Notes: generated by a model from the letters alone, not told the origin. DNA of 64,000 bases from Candidatus Latescibacterota bacterium (GCA_965217865.1 CBDCJO010000002.1:1-64000), one strand, 5' to 3'; shown: positions 42,257 to 53,583, counted from the first letter of the stretch. Numbers and translations: made by a program.

Positions 42257-43300
42257 ATGAAACGGCGGCCAACAAGCATACTTACGACACTTGCCATTTC
42301 CGTGCTGGCCTTGACGCTAACCGCGCCTTGGGCGTTCGGACAGGATCCGGACCCGATCATGGCAGCCGCGCAAGGTCGGCAGCTGCAGCTCGTGTCGACG
42401 GCGTGGTCGCCGTTCACCAACGCGCCGGGGCAGGCGCGGTTCGCTCTCGATCTGGTCGACACGGCTCTTGAACGAGTGGGGATCGTCGCCGAAACGGTCA
42501 TCGTGGACGAAGCCAGGCTGACGCCCGCACTGCTGAGCGGGGAGTTCGACGGAAGCGCGGCGCTCTGGAGGGACACGGAGCGCGAACGCGCGCTGATTTA
42601 CTCGCAGCCGTATCTCGAGAACCGGTTGATCCTCGTCGGGTGGCAGGGCAGCGATGTATCCGCGACCGCGCTGGCCGACCTCGTCGGCAAGCGGGTCGCC
42701 CTGGTCGCCGGGTACGCGTATGGCGAGGCGGTCGAGACGACGGACGGGCCGATCTTCGTTGGCTCGAACAGCGAAGAGAACAGCGTCACAAGACTCCTCA
42801 ACGGTGAGGTGGACTACACGCTGATGGACGACCTGGTCATCCAGTATCTCATCCGCAACCACGGAGAAGAAGCTCGAACGCGGCTTGCGTTCGGCTCGAC
42901 GCCGCTGCTCACACGCTCGCTTCACCTCGCCGTCCGTCGCTCGTTTCCGGACGCCGAGTCGATCATCTCGCGGTTCAACGCCGAGCTGCGCGGCATGATC
43001 GCCGACGGCAGCTACCATCGCCTGCTCCACCTCGACTGGATTCATGCGGACGTCGATGGCGACGGTCTCATGGAGTACGTGCCTCACGCGGAACGAATCG
43101 ACCCGGAGCCGCCGCAGCGTTCCTACACACTCTTCGCGACGGGCAGGCCGATCCCGGAGCCGGAACGGCCGCGGCGCTTCTATGTCGGCGGCAACATCTA
43201 CAACAGCTGGTCCACCGTGCCCGACCGGTACAAGATCCCGGACTTCAGCAGGCCCGCGCGGCAGCAACCAACGGGGGTATTTTTCACCTTCACATGGTAG
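42257..43300 (+). CDS. ABC-type substrate-binding protein (family 3-like)
   Basis: Signal peptide, WSPF, YSQPY, DLVGKRVALVAGYAYG, FNAELRGMIADGSY. Confidence 0.8.
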   Translation: MKRRPTSILTTLAISVLALTLTAPWAFGQDPDPIMAAAQGRQLQLVSTAWSPFTNAPGQARFALDLVDTALERVGIVAETVIVDEARLTPALLSGEFDGSAALWRDTERERALIYSQPYLENRLILVGWQGSDVSATALADLVGKRVALVAGYAYGEAVETTDGPIFVGSNSEENSVTRLLNGEVDYTLMDDLVIQYLIRNHGEEARTRLAFGSTPLLTRSLHLAVRRSFPDAESIISRFNAELRGMIADGSYHRLLHLDWIHADVDGDGLMEYVPHAERIDPEPPQRSYTLFATGRPIPEPERPRRFYVGGNIYNSWSTVPDRYKIPDFSRPARQQPTGVFFTFTW

Positions 43301-43740
43301 CGGCAGCGGGTCCACTGTGCTCGTGTCACATGATCTATTCTGCCGAGAGAATTAAACGCTCTTGTAGAGCGCGACAAGGAGGTAGTCTATGAGCCGGTGG
43401 AGGCAGGAGACGGGGCTTTGGACTGTCACCATTCTCGTTCTGGGCTTGCAGGTTTCCTGTGGAGGTAAGAGGCGTGGAACGCTGTCCGCTTTCTGAATAT
43501 TCAAGGACCAGTTTCGTGTGACCAGAATCAGGATTTTGGGACGTATCTCCATGGCTGGTATTTAAGGACGCCAAACAGATGGCAAACATACGTGGCGGAG
43601 ATTGCCGGGCGCTTCGGATACTTCCCAGCCAGCAAACCGGCATTGGTCGGCACAGAGGGGATACAATAATCGGCCACAGGGCATCGGATTCTCTCCGTGT
43701 GCGACTTTATTCAGGAATCCGGGCAAATGGATGCGGAACC

Positions 43741-43945
43741 TTCACGGGAAGCCGGACCCGGTGGGTCCGGTCACCAGCTTACGGCAGCCCACCGGACAGC
43801 GGAAGCGGCCGTGCGCCCGGAGCCCGGAATCGTAGCCGGCACAGCCCCCAGAAACACATAGCGGACTTTGAAACGGATTCATTGGCTACACGGGATTCAA
43901 GAGTTGACCGGATACGCCAATTCTCATATATTTTCCGCAGTGTTC
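43741..43945 (+). repeat. long non-coding element, 3' copy E with promoter
   Basis: TTGACC(43904)-17nt-TATATT(43927); near-identical to copy D. Confidence 0.85.
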
Positions 43946-43979
43946 GTTTTGTTTCCCTTTTGTGCGCAGGTGAGTAGAA

Positions 43980-44113
43980 ATGTCATATCAGCTTCTCTGG
44001 GCCAAGTCAAAGCCCTTTCACCCCCTGTGGTGCCATCTGTGTTGGATACAGGGGCCGTCTGTCAGGCCCTCCTGCCCCGGTTCGGACCCGTTGAGGGATT
44101 CCCAGATTCGTGA
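43980..44113 (+). pseudogene. cas3: Cas3 HD-domain N-terminal stub
   Basis: MSYQLLWAKSKPFHPLWCHL / LDTGAVCQALL with a frameshift; matches the LWAK..HPL..HLLD..AV motif. Confidence 0.65.
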
Positions 44114-44746
44114 TAGGACGTTTGAAAGACGACGGAGCCGACTTTTGGGATGGGGGTTCCAATCAACTAACCCGTTGGAGAGACTATTGCACCGAGCTAT
44201 TGACGTTTCTAAACGCCGACACGGCGACGGTATGCAGAAGAACAAGACCTGGCCACAGCACTGAGAGAGTTTATTGCAAAGTTTGAGCATCACGTTGGAG
44301 GCATGTACGAGATGCTGCATGGAACTTCTGACGACCCGGACAATGACCCTGATATCAAGCGGATGCTTGATTGGTTTGCTCTGGTCTACATATTTTCCAC
44401 TTACGCCATCATTTCGTTTTGGATTGATGACAAAACTGAGAAGAACTCAGTTAAAATAACAACGAACCTTGCCACGGGTGAGCGCAGGGAAGAATGGACG
44501 AGAGAAGAGATGAAAGTACCAAGGCAATACCGCCATACCACCAAGAAGTTGTGAGAGACACATCCATGATTTGTGACCGTCGTGTTCATTCCCGAATAAA
44601 TTTACCAGCAACTATCCGCTGGTCGTGAAAGTTATTACATTGAATCAGTGCGCAAAAATGAGTCGACGGCGCAAAGGAGGAGAAGGATTCCGTGGCGCTG
44701 AAAAGTTGCTCTTGAGCGAGCGCGCATTGAGAGATGCGACGATCTG

Positions 44747-47557
44747 ATGCGCCTGTCGTGGAACGAGGTTCGCGCCCGCGCCGCCGCCTTCGCCGAGGAG
44801 TGGCGAGACGCGGCCTACGAGAAGGGCGAGACGCAAAGCTTCTATAACGACTTCTTCGAGATATTCGGGGTCCGGCGCCGAACCGTCGCGCGCTACGAGG
44901 AGCACGTAAAGCGGCTCGACAACACGCACGGTTACATTGATTTGTTCTGGCCCGGCGTCTTGATCGTCGAGCATAAGAGCGCCGGACGCGATCTCGCCCT
45001 CGCCTATGGTCAGGCCGGGGAATACTTCGACGCCCTGCCCGAGCAGAACCGGCCGCGCTACATTCTGGCAAGCGACTTCCAGACCTTCGAGCTTCACGAT
45101 CTCGACGAACGGGAGAAGGCCGCTTTCCCTCTCGTGGACCTGCCCGCCCACGTGGAGGCGTTCGGCTTCATCCTGGGCGTGCAGCGCCGGACCTTCCGCG
45201 ACCAGGACCCGACCAACATCAAGGCCGCCGAACTGGTCGGCAGGCTGCATGACGCTCTCGACGCGGCGGGCTACCGGGGCCACGACCTGGAGCGCTTCCT
45301 GGTGCGAATCGTTTTCTGCCTGTTCGCGGACGACACGGGCATATTCGAGCCGCGCGACATCTTCCTCGACTTCATCGAGACGCGCACGGGAGAGGACGGC
45401 GCCGATCTCGGGCCGTGGCTGTCGCAATTGTTTCAGGTTCTGGATACGCCGGAGGACGACCGCACCGCGACGCTCGACGAAAACCTAGCGCAGTTCCCCT
45501 ATGTCAACGGCGAATTGTTCGACGGGCCGCTACGCATTCCGTCCTTCGATGCGGCCATGCGCGGGGCGCTGCTGGATGTTTGCCGGTTCGACTGGTCGAA
45601 CATCTCGCCGGCGATCTTCGGGGCGCTGTTCCAGTCGGTCATGGACCCGAAGGAGCGCCGCGCCCAGGGCGCGCACTACACCACCGAGAAGAACATCCTG
45701 AAGGTGATCGAGCCGCTGTTCATGGACGACCTGCGGGCCGAATTCGCACGGCTCAAGTCCCGCAAGGACAACCGCCGTCTTGCCGAGCTTCGGCGGTTTC
45801 AGGAGAAGCTGGGGCGGATGCGGTTCTTCGACCCGGCCTGCGGTTGCGGCAACTTCCTCATCATCGCCTACCGGGAACTGCGGGCACTGGAAATCGACGT
45901 GCTCAAGGAACTTCATCCCGGCAAGCAGATGGACGCGCTGGCGCAAACCCTGTCGCGGATCGATGTCGATCAGTTCTACGGGATCGAGCTTGGCGAGTTC
46001 CCGGCCCGCATCGCGGAGACCGCGATGTGGATGATGGACCACATCATGAACAACCGGCTGAGCCTGGAGTTCGGTCAGACCTACGCCCGAATTCCTCTGG
46101 AGAAGTCGCCGCACATCGTCCATGGCGATGCGTTGGAAACCGATTGGGCGGACCTGCTGCCGCCGGAGGATTGCTCGTTCGTGTTCGGCAATCCGCCCTT
46201 CGTGGGCGCGAAGTATCAGACGGGGGACCAACGCGCCCAGGTGCGCGGGATCGCGGCGCTGGGCAAGAGCGGCGGCACGCTCGATTACGTCGCCGCGTGG
46301 TTCATCAAGGCGGGAGAGTATCTGCAGGGCAGCCGTGCCCAGATCGGCTTCGTCGCCACCAACTCGATCACGCAAGGCGAACAGGTCGCGCAACTGTGGC
46401 CTGTCCTGTTCGGGCGCTGCAAGCTGGAGGTGGCCTTCGCACACCGCACCTTCGCGTGGGGATCGGACGCGCGCGGCAAGGCGCATGTGCACGTCATTAT
46501 TCTCGGACTCGATCGGCGGGAGGATGTGCGAACGGAAAAGCGCCTGTTCGGCTATCCCGACATCAACGGCGAGCCGGAGGAGAGCCGCCATGCGGCGCTC
46601 TCGCCCTATCTGTTCGACGCGGGCGGACTTGCGGATCCGCATCTGACCGTGCGCGAGGAAAGCAAGCCGATCAACGGGATGGGGAAGCTGATTATCGGCT
46701 CCAAGCCAATCGACAACGGTCACTACATTTTCAAAGCGGAAGAACGTGCGGCATTTCTGGAAGCCGAGCCGAATGCCGCGCCTTTCCTGCGCCCTTTTGT
46801 TGGTGCCCGCGAATACCTGCAAGGCGGTGAGCGATGGATTCTTGCCCTGCATGACGCGCCGCCGGACGTGCTGGCACGGCTCCCGCGAGTTCGGGAACGT
46901 ATTGCCGCTGTCCGCTCATACCGAGATGCCAGCAGGAGCCGTCCCACGCAAAAGCTGGCGGAAACGCCCACGCTCTACCATGTGAACGTTCTCCCCACCT
47001 CACCATTTCTGGTGATTCCCGAGGTCAGCTCGGAGCGGCGAGAGTATGTGCCCATCGGCTGGCTCGCGCCGCCGGTGATCCCGAGCAACCTTGTTCGCGT
47101 CCTGGAAAATGCCACCCTTGCCGATTTCACACTGCTTACTTCCGCCATGCACATGGCTTGGCTCCGCCATGTTGGAGGGCGTCTGGAGAGCCGTTACCGC
47201 TACTCCATCGGCCTCGTCTACAACACCTTTCGGACCCCGCCCAGGACTTCAGACTGGTCGAAACTAGAGCCACTGGCGCAAGCCGTGCTCGATGCTCGAG
47301 CCGCTCATCCGGATGCTACGCTGGTCGACCTCTACGACCCCAATCTGATGCCGCCCAATTTGCGCCGAGCGCACCAACGACTCGATCGCGCCGTGGATCG
47401 ACTCTATCGACCGGCAGGTTTCGCTTCCGAGCGGGAACGTGTCGAGCATTTGTTCGGGCTCTATGAAAAGATGCTCGCACCACTGGAGGCCAGGATGAGC
47501 GCAAAACCGAGACGGCGGCGCGCAAGGCGTAAGCTAACAAGCAGAAGGACACGCTGA
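44747..47557 (+). CDS. MmeI-like type IIL restriction-modification enzyme (YeeA family)
   Basis: IDLFWPG..VEHKS nuclease, GAHYT, DPACGCGNFL, GNPPF, TNSITQGEQV, YRYS..VYNTF. Confidence 0.92.
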   Translation: MRLSWNEVRARAAAFAEEWRDAAYEKGETQSFYNDFFEIFGVRRRTVARYEEHVKRLDNTHGYIDLFWPGVLIVEHKSAGRDLALAYGQAGEYFDALPEQNRPRYILASDFQTFELHDLDEREKAAFPLVDLPAHVEAFGFILGVQRRTFRDQDPTNIKAAELVGRLHDALDAAGYRGHDLERFLVRIVFCLFADDTGIFEPRDIFLDFIETRTGEDGADLGPWLSQLFQVLDTPEDDRTATLDENLAQFPYVNGELFDGPLRIPSFDAAMRGALLDVCRFDWSNISPAIFGALFQSVMDPKERRAQGAHYTTEKNILKVIEPLFMDDLRAEFARLKSRKDNRRLAELRRFQEKLGRMRFFDPACGCGNFLIIAYRELRALEIDVLKELHPGKQMDALAQTLSRIDVDQFYGIELGEFPARIAETAMWMMDHIMNNRLSLEFGQTYARIPLEKSPHIVHGDALETDWADLLPPEDCSFVFGNPPFVGAKYQTGDQRAQVRGIAALGKSGGTLDYVAAWFIKAGEYLQGSRAQIGFVATNSITQGEQVAQLWPVLFGRCKLEVAFAHRTFAWGSDARGKAHVHVIILGLDRREDVRTEKRLFGYPDINGEPEESRHAALSPYLFDAGGLADPHLTVREESKPINGMGKLIIGSKPIDNGHYIFKAEERAAFLEAEPNAAPFLRPFVGAREYLQGGERWILALHDAPPDVLARLPRVRERIAAVRSYRDASRSRPTQKLAETPTLYHVNVLPTSPFLVIPEVSSERREYVPIGWLAPPVIPSNLVRVLENATLADFTLLTSAMHMAWLRHVGGRLESRYRYSIGLVYNTFRTPPRTSDWSKLEPLAQAVLDARAAHPDATLVDLYDPNLMPPNLRRAHQRLDRAVDRLYRPAGFASERERVEHLFGLYEKMLAPLEARMSAKPRRRRARRKLTSRRTR

Positions 47558-47589
47558 TGGCCGAGGAACACACTCTACAAGAGACGGTT

Positions 47590-48149
47590 GCAAACCTTCT
47601 CCAAACCCGTGGCACTCCTGCTGGCCGATCTGGGGCTGACCAAATCGCACTCACGACCGCACGTGTCGAACGACAACCCCTACTCTGAGGCGCAGTTCAA
47701 GACCCTGAAGTATCGCCCGGACTTCCCGGAACGCTTCGGTGGACTCGAACACGCCCGTTCATTCTGCCATGAGTTCTTCACCTGTTACAACACAGAGCAT
47801 CGCCACTCAGGCCTGGGCTTGCTGACCCCGGAATCTGTGCACTATGGCTACGCCAAGGAAATCCTTGACGCCCGTGAACAGACCCTGTGGCGTGCCTATA
47901 TCGCCCACCCCGACCGTTTTGTGCAGGGTCCCCCGCAGCCAACCGACCTGCCTTCCGAGGTCTGGATCAATCCACCCCGGATCTCGGATAAGTCCCAGCA
48001 GGATCCAATCGTTATTACGCCAGGTGATACCAAATCGAACCCGGTCCCGATACCTGCACGGGGATCCACGGTTGCCGATGACACCTCTTATGGAGACGGC
48101 CGGAAACTTCACTGAATTCCAACTTTCAGTGTCTCAAAATTGTTGACAT
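47590..48149 (+). mobile_element. IS3-family transposase C-terminal fragment and right end
   Basis: SHSRPHVSNDNPYSEAQFKTLKYRP..VWINPP; end tgtctcaaaattgttgaca. Confidence 0.88.
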
Positions 48150-48369
48150 GTTCCGGAAACCCTCAAACGTCAGATCCGGCGCGCTCAATCCAGAATCACT
48201 GCCGCCGAACGTAAGCGCCGCACCCGCCGCCTGATCCTCATGGGCTCCTACCTCGAACACGTCACCGGCGACGATCCCGGCAAGCGGGATCGCCTCATGA
48301 AGGGGCTCGATGGCTTCCTAGAACGAGATCGGGACCGCGAACTCTTCGATTTACCCCCAAACAAGGAGA

Positions 48370-50064
48370 ATGCTTATGAGCACCGTGGAATCCAAGTCAA
48401 ACATCGTTCGGGACGAACAGTTAACCAGATGGCTGACTTATGCGGATGTAGATGCCAGACTGGCCAGCTTTGTAGAAAGCGACTACATCGTGACCGATGT
48501 GTTCACTTATCGATCTGCTGGGGACCATTCAAGCTCCATGTGGGAGAAGGAGGAATGGGCCTTGGCTTCTGTGCTCGTTCCCGTTAAGCAGTTAGAAGAA
48601 GCAGAGCGAGTATTCACGTTTCATGATCTTAAGATCGAGCCGCAGTGGATAGATCGCAATCGATTCGATTTTGCCACTTCAGTTCAGATCAAGGGCATAC
48701 CTGTCAAACCGTGGTCGTTTGTGCGCAAACATCCTGCAACTGGCACTCATCTCGTCGAGATTCAGCGTGACTTTCTGATATACCACGCCCTAGACCAGAG
48801 AGGCACTGGCGATCAGTATGAACTCGTCCACCCGCTGGACAACCTCGACGTTGTCCGAGTTCGAATCGAGCAACCCGCGTTTTACAATCCCACATTGAGA
48901 TTAGAAGTTCACCGGGATTATCTGCGAGATTATCTTGCAGCCGCTGAAATGGGTATGGTGGTCGGAGCTGTCGCAGATCGCTTTCGTAATTCACTGGTCC
49001 CGGACAAGATGACACCTGCACTCTCCCAAGCGCCAAGCGACGTGGAAGTCTCCGTAAACGAAATCACCGAGTACCAGGAGAGATATTGGAGGGCTCGATC
49101 GATCTTGCATCGAACGACTGCTATCAAGCCGTATCCCGCTCCGAGACCGGAACGGAGTCCTTGGTACTGTTACGATCTGCCTCCAGAAGCTTCGAAGCTG
49201 GAATTCATCACGGATGCAGAAGGCAGAAAGTGCACACTCGATTCTAGTCCACCATACCTGTACTTTCGACCGGGAGTTCTCCGAAAATACTTGAGAAATC
49301 CATACGACTCAGTGTTCTTTCACATGAGATCATGGGGTACTGCGCAACCGGCAGGGGCTATTGAGCCCATCGATGTTGGAATCAATTCGGCGGGTCTCGT
49401 GAATGCCTTTGCATTGGACTTGGCGAAACAGAGTTCCGCAGAGCAACAATACTGGGCATCCTTTTCCTGCCTACCCAGCGAGCCGGTCTGCGAAGAGCTG
49501 TTTCAAACACGGATGCAGCAGAACCCGCCCAAATCGCCAGGCACAGTTGAGCTTATTCAGACAGAAATCACACGGCTCAATGCGTCATTTGAAACTCGTT
49601 TTGGAGAGCCGGTTCACAACGACGTTCCTCCCCACGAAAAGACCATGCAGCGGCTAAGCGTGGGTCCGCTTGAGGAAAACTGGGACGAAGTCACTGAATT
49701 GGGAAAGGACTTGTACTCTTGGGTGGCTGAAGGTCTTCGTATTGCAACTCTCCGCAAACCGCTGAACGAAAAATCGTTTGACAACGACTGGAAACAGTTT
49801 AAACTCCTTGAGACGCTCATGTCGAGCGTATTGGGTTGCGGACAATCGGATCTCACGGCAGCGATGGGTCCCCTTAAGGATCTCAACAGCCTGAGAGTTA
49901 CCCACGCCCATAACGTCATTGTGGACCGGGGTCGGCATTTTGATCAGAAGGATCGGCGCATGCGCGAAGCGTGGTTCATCGTTGTCGATGGCATCGCCCG
50001 CGCTCTCCGACTGTTATCAGACCACCTTGAATCGAATCGAGAGGTGTCGGGACAGACGAGCTAG
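48370..50064 (+). CDS. hypothetical protein with C-terminal HEPN-like Rx4H motif
   Basis: 564-aa ORF with RBS AAGGAG; LNSLRVTHAH near the C-terminus. Confidence 0.65.
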   Translation: MLMSTVESKSNIVRDEQLTRWLTYADVDARLASFVESDYIVTDVFTYRSAGDHSSSMWEKEEWALASVLVPVKQLEEAERVFTFHDLKIEPQWIDRNRFDFATSVQIKGIPVKPWSFVRKHPATGTHLVEIQRDFLIYHALDQRGTGDQYELVHPLDNLDVVRVRIEQPAFYNPTLRLEVHRDYLRDYLAAAEMGMVVGAVADRFRNSLVPDKMTPALSQAPSDVEVSVNEITEYQERYWRARSILHRTTAIKPYPAPRPERSPWYCYDLPPEASKLEFITDAEGRKCTLDSSPPYLYFRPGVLRKYLRNPYDSVFFHMRSWGTAQPAGAIEPIDVGINSAGLVNAFALDLAKQSSAEQQYWASFSCLPSEPVCEELFQTRMQQNPPKSPGTVELIQTEITRLNASFETRFGEPVHNDVPPHEKTMQRLSVGPLEENWDEVTELGKDLYSWVAEGLRIATLRKPLNEKSFDNDWKQFKLLETLMSSVLGCGQSDLTAAMGPLKDLNSLRVTHAHNVIVDRGRHFDQKDRRMREAWFIVVDGIARALRLLSDHLESNREVSGQTS

Positions 50065-50543
50065 ATCAGAGCTTATGTCGAATGTCCCTTAGGACCTTTC
50101 ACGCGCAAAGAACCGCTTCATGGTGGGAGCTTTGAAGCGGCGGCGCTTTCGGAAACAGAGAATCAAATCTGGCAACTCTTTTCCACTCACTTCCAACCTT
50201 GCCGCAACGTGATGGGAGGAAGCGCCAGCGGAAAACTGGAGCGGCAAGGGGCAGGCGTTTTCGTGGTTGGCGATGCCTTTGGCGTCGCACTGAAATACAA
50301 AAAATGGTCCATGACCGTTTGTCGGGCATCAGCAATGCTGCGGCCATTTGGCAGATTGGCGCCACAGGCACCCATGGTGGCAATGCAGGGTACATTCTGT
50401 CCAATGTATCGCAGTACATGGATCATTTTCTTCTCAAGTTCCTGCGCGTGAACGAGGATGCATGCGAGAAGTGTTTTGCCTTGTACATCATGGGTGTGAC
50501 CCGGTTCACTTCTCAGGAGTGGATAAAAGGGGGATTTATATAC

Positions 50544-51224
50544 CTAACTTGAATCGGCCTTCTGGTTTTCCTCTCTGCTCCTTTCCCATGAAACAATAGT
50601 GTCTTCATCCGGGTCTATCCTTCCAAACCCGGACATATGCACGTTTCCATCGTCCTTCGATTGCATCAAAACTATGTACATATAGTCGTCGCCAACTGGA
50701 AAGACATGGTGGTGGTTGAGCAGAGTGATGATCTTGTCCATCCACTCAGGAACTTCCTTGAACAAGAACGCCTTAATGTCTTCTTCCCGTATGGAAAACG
50801 GATTGTCGGCGTGGAGTATGGTGCTGCATCTGTCGTACAGGACGACGAAATCATCCTTCGTCAAATAGCCGGATTCAATATGCGGTGTATCAAAGCGACC
50901 TTTTTCTATTTGTACCTGTATCGTCGGAACTGGGTAGAACTTCGGGTTTGCTTTGTCCAGTGTCTCGAGGATACGCTTTGCGTTCCAATCCTTTCGAAAG
51001 TTCGCACGATACTTGCTGTACTGTTTGTGATTGGCAACTAGCGAAGACAAGGCAATCAACTCAAGGATTTTCCTAAGCTGCAACGCGGCGGATTCCGCCG
51101 TCGTGCCGACGTACCTGGTGCTTATTTCGCCTCGCACAATGCCTGTGACAACCTCTGTTCGCTTTTTGATTTCCTCCATACATGCGATGTACTTCTGGTA
51201 TAGCTCATCATTATTGATTGCCAT
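50544..51224 (-). CDS. conserved hypothetical helical (HEPN-like) protein
   Basis: LQLRKILELIALSSLVAN..NPKFYP..ILHADNPF; RBS GAGGAG. Confidence 0.65.
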   Translation of the reverse strand: MAINNDELYQKYIACMEEIKKRTEVVTGIVRGEISTRYVGTTAESAALQLRKILELIALSSLVANHKQYSKYRANFRKDWNAKRILETLDKANPKFYPVPTIQVQIEKGRFDTPHIESGYLTKDDFVVLYDRCSTILHADNPFSIREEDIKAFLFKEVPEWMDKIITLLNHHHVFPVGDDYMYIVLMQSKDDGNVHMSGFGRIDPDEDTIVSWERSREENQKADSS

Positions 51225-51639
51225 GTTTTGTGCTCCTCGCCGCTGCTGCTGCCGATCCTGTTCCTGTGGGGTGACCTGGAAGACTTACAGGACTCAAAAA
51301 AAGGATGAATACGGCGACACGGAATGTCTGAATGACGGCTCGCGGCCGATGTTGCAACAAGGTGTCGCCAATCGAATTTCTCCTGCAATACAGTTTAGCA
51401 ACGCCTAAACCATTGAAAGCCCGTCCGGGCCGGGGGGTTGCAGAATCGCTTCTTTGTGCAACCCCTTCCGTTCGGGAGATCGGTCCCTTCCGGGTCCGGT
51501 TTTAATCCGGTGGATTTATTCACAGATCCAGTCGTTCCTACTAATTGTTCTTTAACTACATGTCTTACTACTTGTATGTGTTACCTGTTTGGTACTGGAA
51601 AACTGACTCAAATCACCGGCACCATCTACGTCTGACATT

Positions 51640-51832
51640 TGACCGTCCTCGATAGCGATGACTTCCTTGCAGCCTTCAGCTGTTGCACCGACCAGCACGA
51701 GCACACAGGGCCGATCCTTATCCAGGCGCACGTTGAAATAGATCCCGTCCGGCCCACACATGCACGTAGTGTTTTCCGGTCAGGTCGCGCTGCTTCCAGC
51801 TCTTATACTCATCTTCCCAGATTTGCTTCAGT
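51640..51832 (-). mobile_element. IS256 transposase fragment
   Basis: RLKQIWEDEY..RDL..YVHVWA / DGIYFNVRL..KEVIAIEDG. Confidence 0.85.
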
Positions 51833-51982
51833 CTGGTGCGTTTCCGGCAACCTCTCGGCCGGTTGCCGGAATTCCGTCGGCCTGACGTCGGTGCGCCGGA
51901 ACAATGCGCCGAAGTGCATTGAACGGGTCGAAAGCGCAGCAATCGGCATCTGTGCGGAGATTCAGGTGCGCGCGCGTAATCG

Positions 51983-52783
51983 TCACTCGGGATCCCCACA
52001 AATCGGCCGTTCTCCCGCCCAATATCCGAGCAATTCATCCGTACCCGACCACCATTGCCATCCGGCACTGAGCGTGCCTCTAATGGCGTTTATTTCAACT
52101 TGGTGCGGATCGCCACTGCCGTCATGTGCTGCCTCGTGCTCAAGTCTGGCCGCAAGTTCGGCAATCTCGGCTGAGGATTCGAAAATCGATCTCTGCAAGT
52201 CCAAAGCCAATCCGCCGCTGCCACCGAGTAGCGCGCTGGCCTTAGCGTCGTAGCGCAAGAGTTCGTCATGTGAGATTGCAGCGCCCAGACGCACTGGCGC
52301 GAACTGCCTGGTTTCGTAACGAGTCATCTCCGGCTGTTCCCATGACATGGCGCATGCGGAAAAGCATAACGGCCCAAAATCCTCGCATACATCATCGTGG
52401 CCGCTTGCTGCCCGGCATGCGCGAATCACTTTCTGAACCCTGCGTCGGTCGGCCTTAATGACCTCACCGTTCGTGTCCCGATAATCGGCCGCGTCTATGA
52501 CTTGCGGAGGAAAACTTCCCTCACGAGCGCGGTAGTGGCCGGGGGATGCGTAATAGTCGTAATGACGTTGGTGGAGCGCATCCTGTATGTGACTCATGAA
52601 CCACGACTTCCCTGGGTAACCAGACAACCAGACATGAGGGCGATGTTTGAGTGAGGTACTAGCGGGCGCACATGCTAACCAGCCGAGCATGCGTTTGCCA
52701 TCCTCCGGTGTCAGCCAGTTGTATCTCATGACGAGATCCGCAACCTCTCTCCGCATAACGATATTCTCAGATACTACTCTCAT
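51983..52783 (-). CDS. degenerate phage primase/helicase P-loop-like protein
   Basis: LGWLACAP..RPHVWLSGYPGKSW (shortened Walker A). Confidence 0.45.
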   Translation of the reverse strand: MRVVSENIVMRREVADLVMRYNWLTPEDGKRMLGWLACAPASTSLKHRPHVWLSGYPGKSWFMSHIQDALHQRHYDYYASPGHYRAREGSFPPQVIDAADYRDTNGEVIKADRRRVQKVIRACRAASGHDDVCEDFGPLCFSACAMSWEQPEMTRYETRQFAPVRLGAAISHDELLRYDAKASALLGGSGGLALDLQRSIFESSAEIAELAARLEHEAAHDGSGDPHQVEINAIRGTLSAGWQWWSGTDELLGYWAGERPICGDPE

Positions 52784-53081
52784 TGTCTTCCATACCCGGC
52801 GATGTGTTCGGCCCTAAACTCAGTCCGCGAGAACAATGAAAATAAAGTGCTTGATCGCGTAGTCAACCGCATTGCGAGGCCGACGTCTATCCGGCTAAAG
52901 CCCCCGGTCAAGTCCTTTCGGAGCCTGCTTTAGGAAGATCGCGGCGGTTGTCGAACATCATATTTTCATTATTTGTCGAGCCATGCAACGAATCACAGTG
53001 CGTCGAGGCGCGGCCGACTATAGAACGTCTTTTTGCTCCGAACGTCTTCACCAACTCGTCGGCGCACAGCTTGCTAGTTTT

Positions 53082-53336
53082 CTATTTTACACCGAAATGC
53101 ACCTTGGCACGGTCGGGAACCGAAATCCCTTCTCGCTTGGCCATCGAGAGGACGATTCTCGAGCACAGTTTGATTGCTTCTTGCCCGAGGCCGTGAAGTT
53201 CGGATTCCTCCAAGTAGTCGCCCCGGAGCTCGTTTTCCGCTCTTGTCCGGCCGTGGAACAAGCGGCTTCGCTTCGAGTACAGTGTCTCCCAATCTCGCCA
53301 CACGCCCGGCAATTCAGCCATGACCGCATTGGACAC
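53082..53336 (-). pseudogene. HEPN-like C-terminal fragment
   Basis: LYSKRSRLFHG (Rx4H). Confidence 0.45.
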
Positions 53337-53583
53337 CGCATCTGCCCTGAATGGGTCGCTTATGAATCGACTATTGGGAGATGGCGCATGATCCCCTTGG
53401 CGCTGCGCATGCTTCCCTGTTTAACAGAGTAATCGCTGAATCGACGCTTGGTCCAGTGCCGACCATAATGCCGACCGCAGATTGAAGATAGCGCACCATG
53501 GATAACCGGGAAGGACACACTGTGAGAAACGCCGCTGCTAAAGCTGTCTGGCAAATACGGGTAAACTGATCTGGATACGAGGA

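Noticed and set aside
36988-44113. Functional CRISPR-Cas locus
   Set aside because: One repeat and a ~45-codon frameshifted cas3 stub 7 kb apart, probably from different subtypes.
44645-46852. ORFs of 260, 440 and 471 aa overlapping the MmeI-like gene
   Set aside because: Shadow frames of the real CDS.
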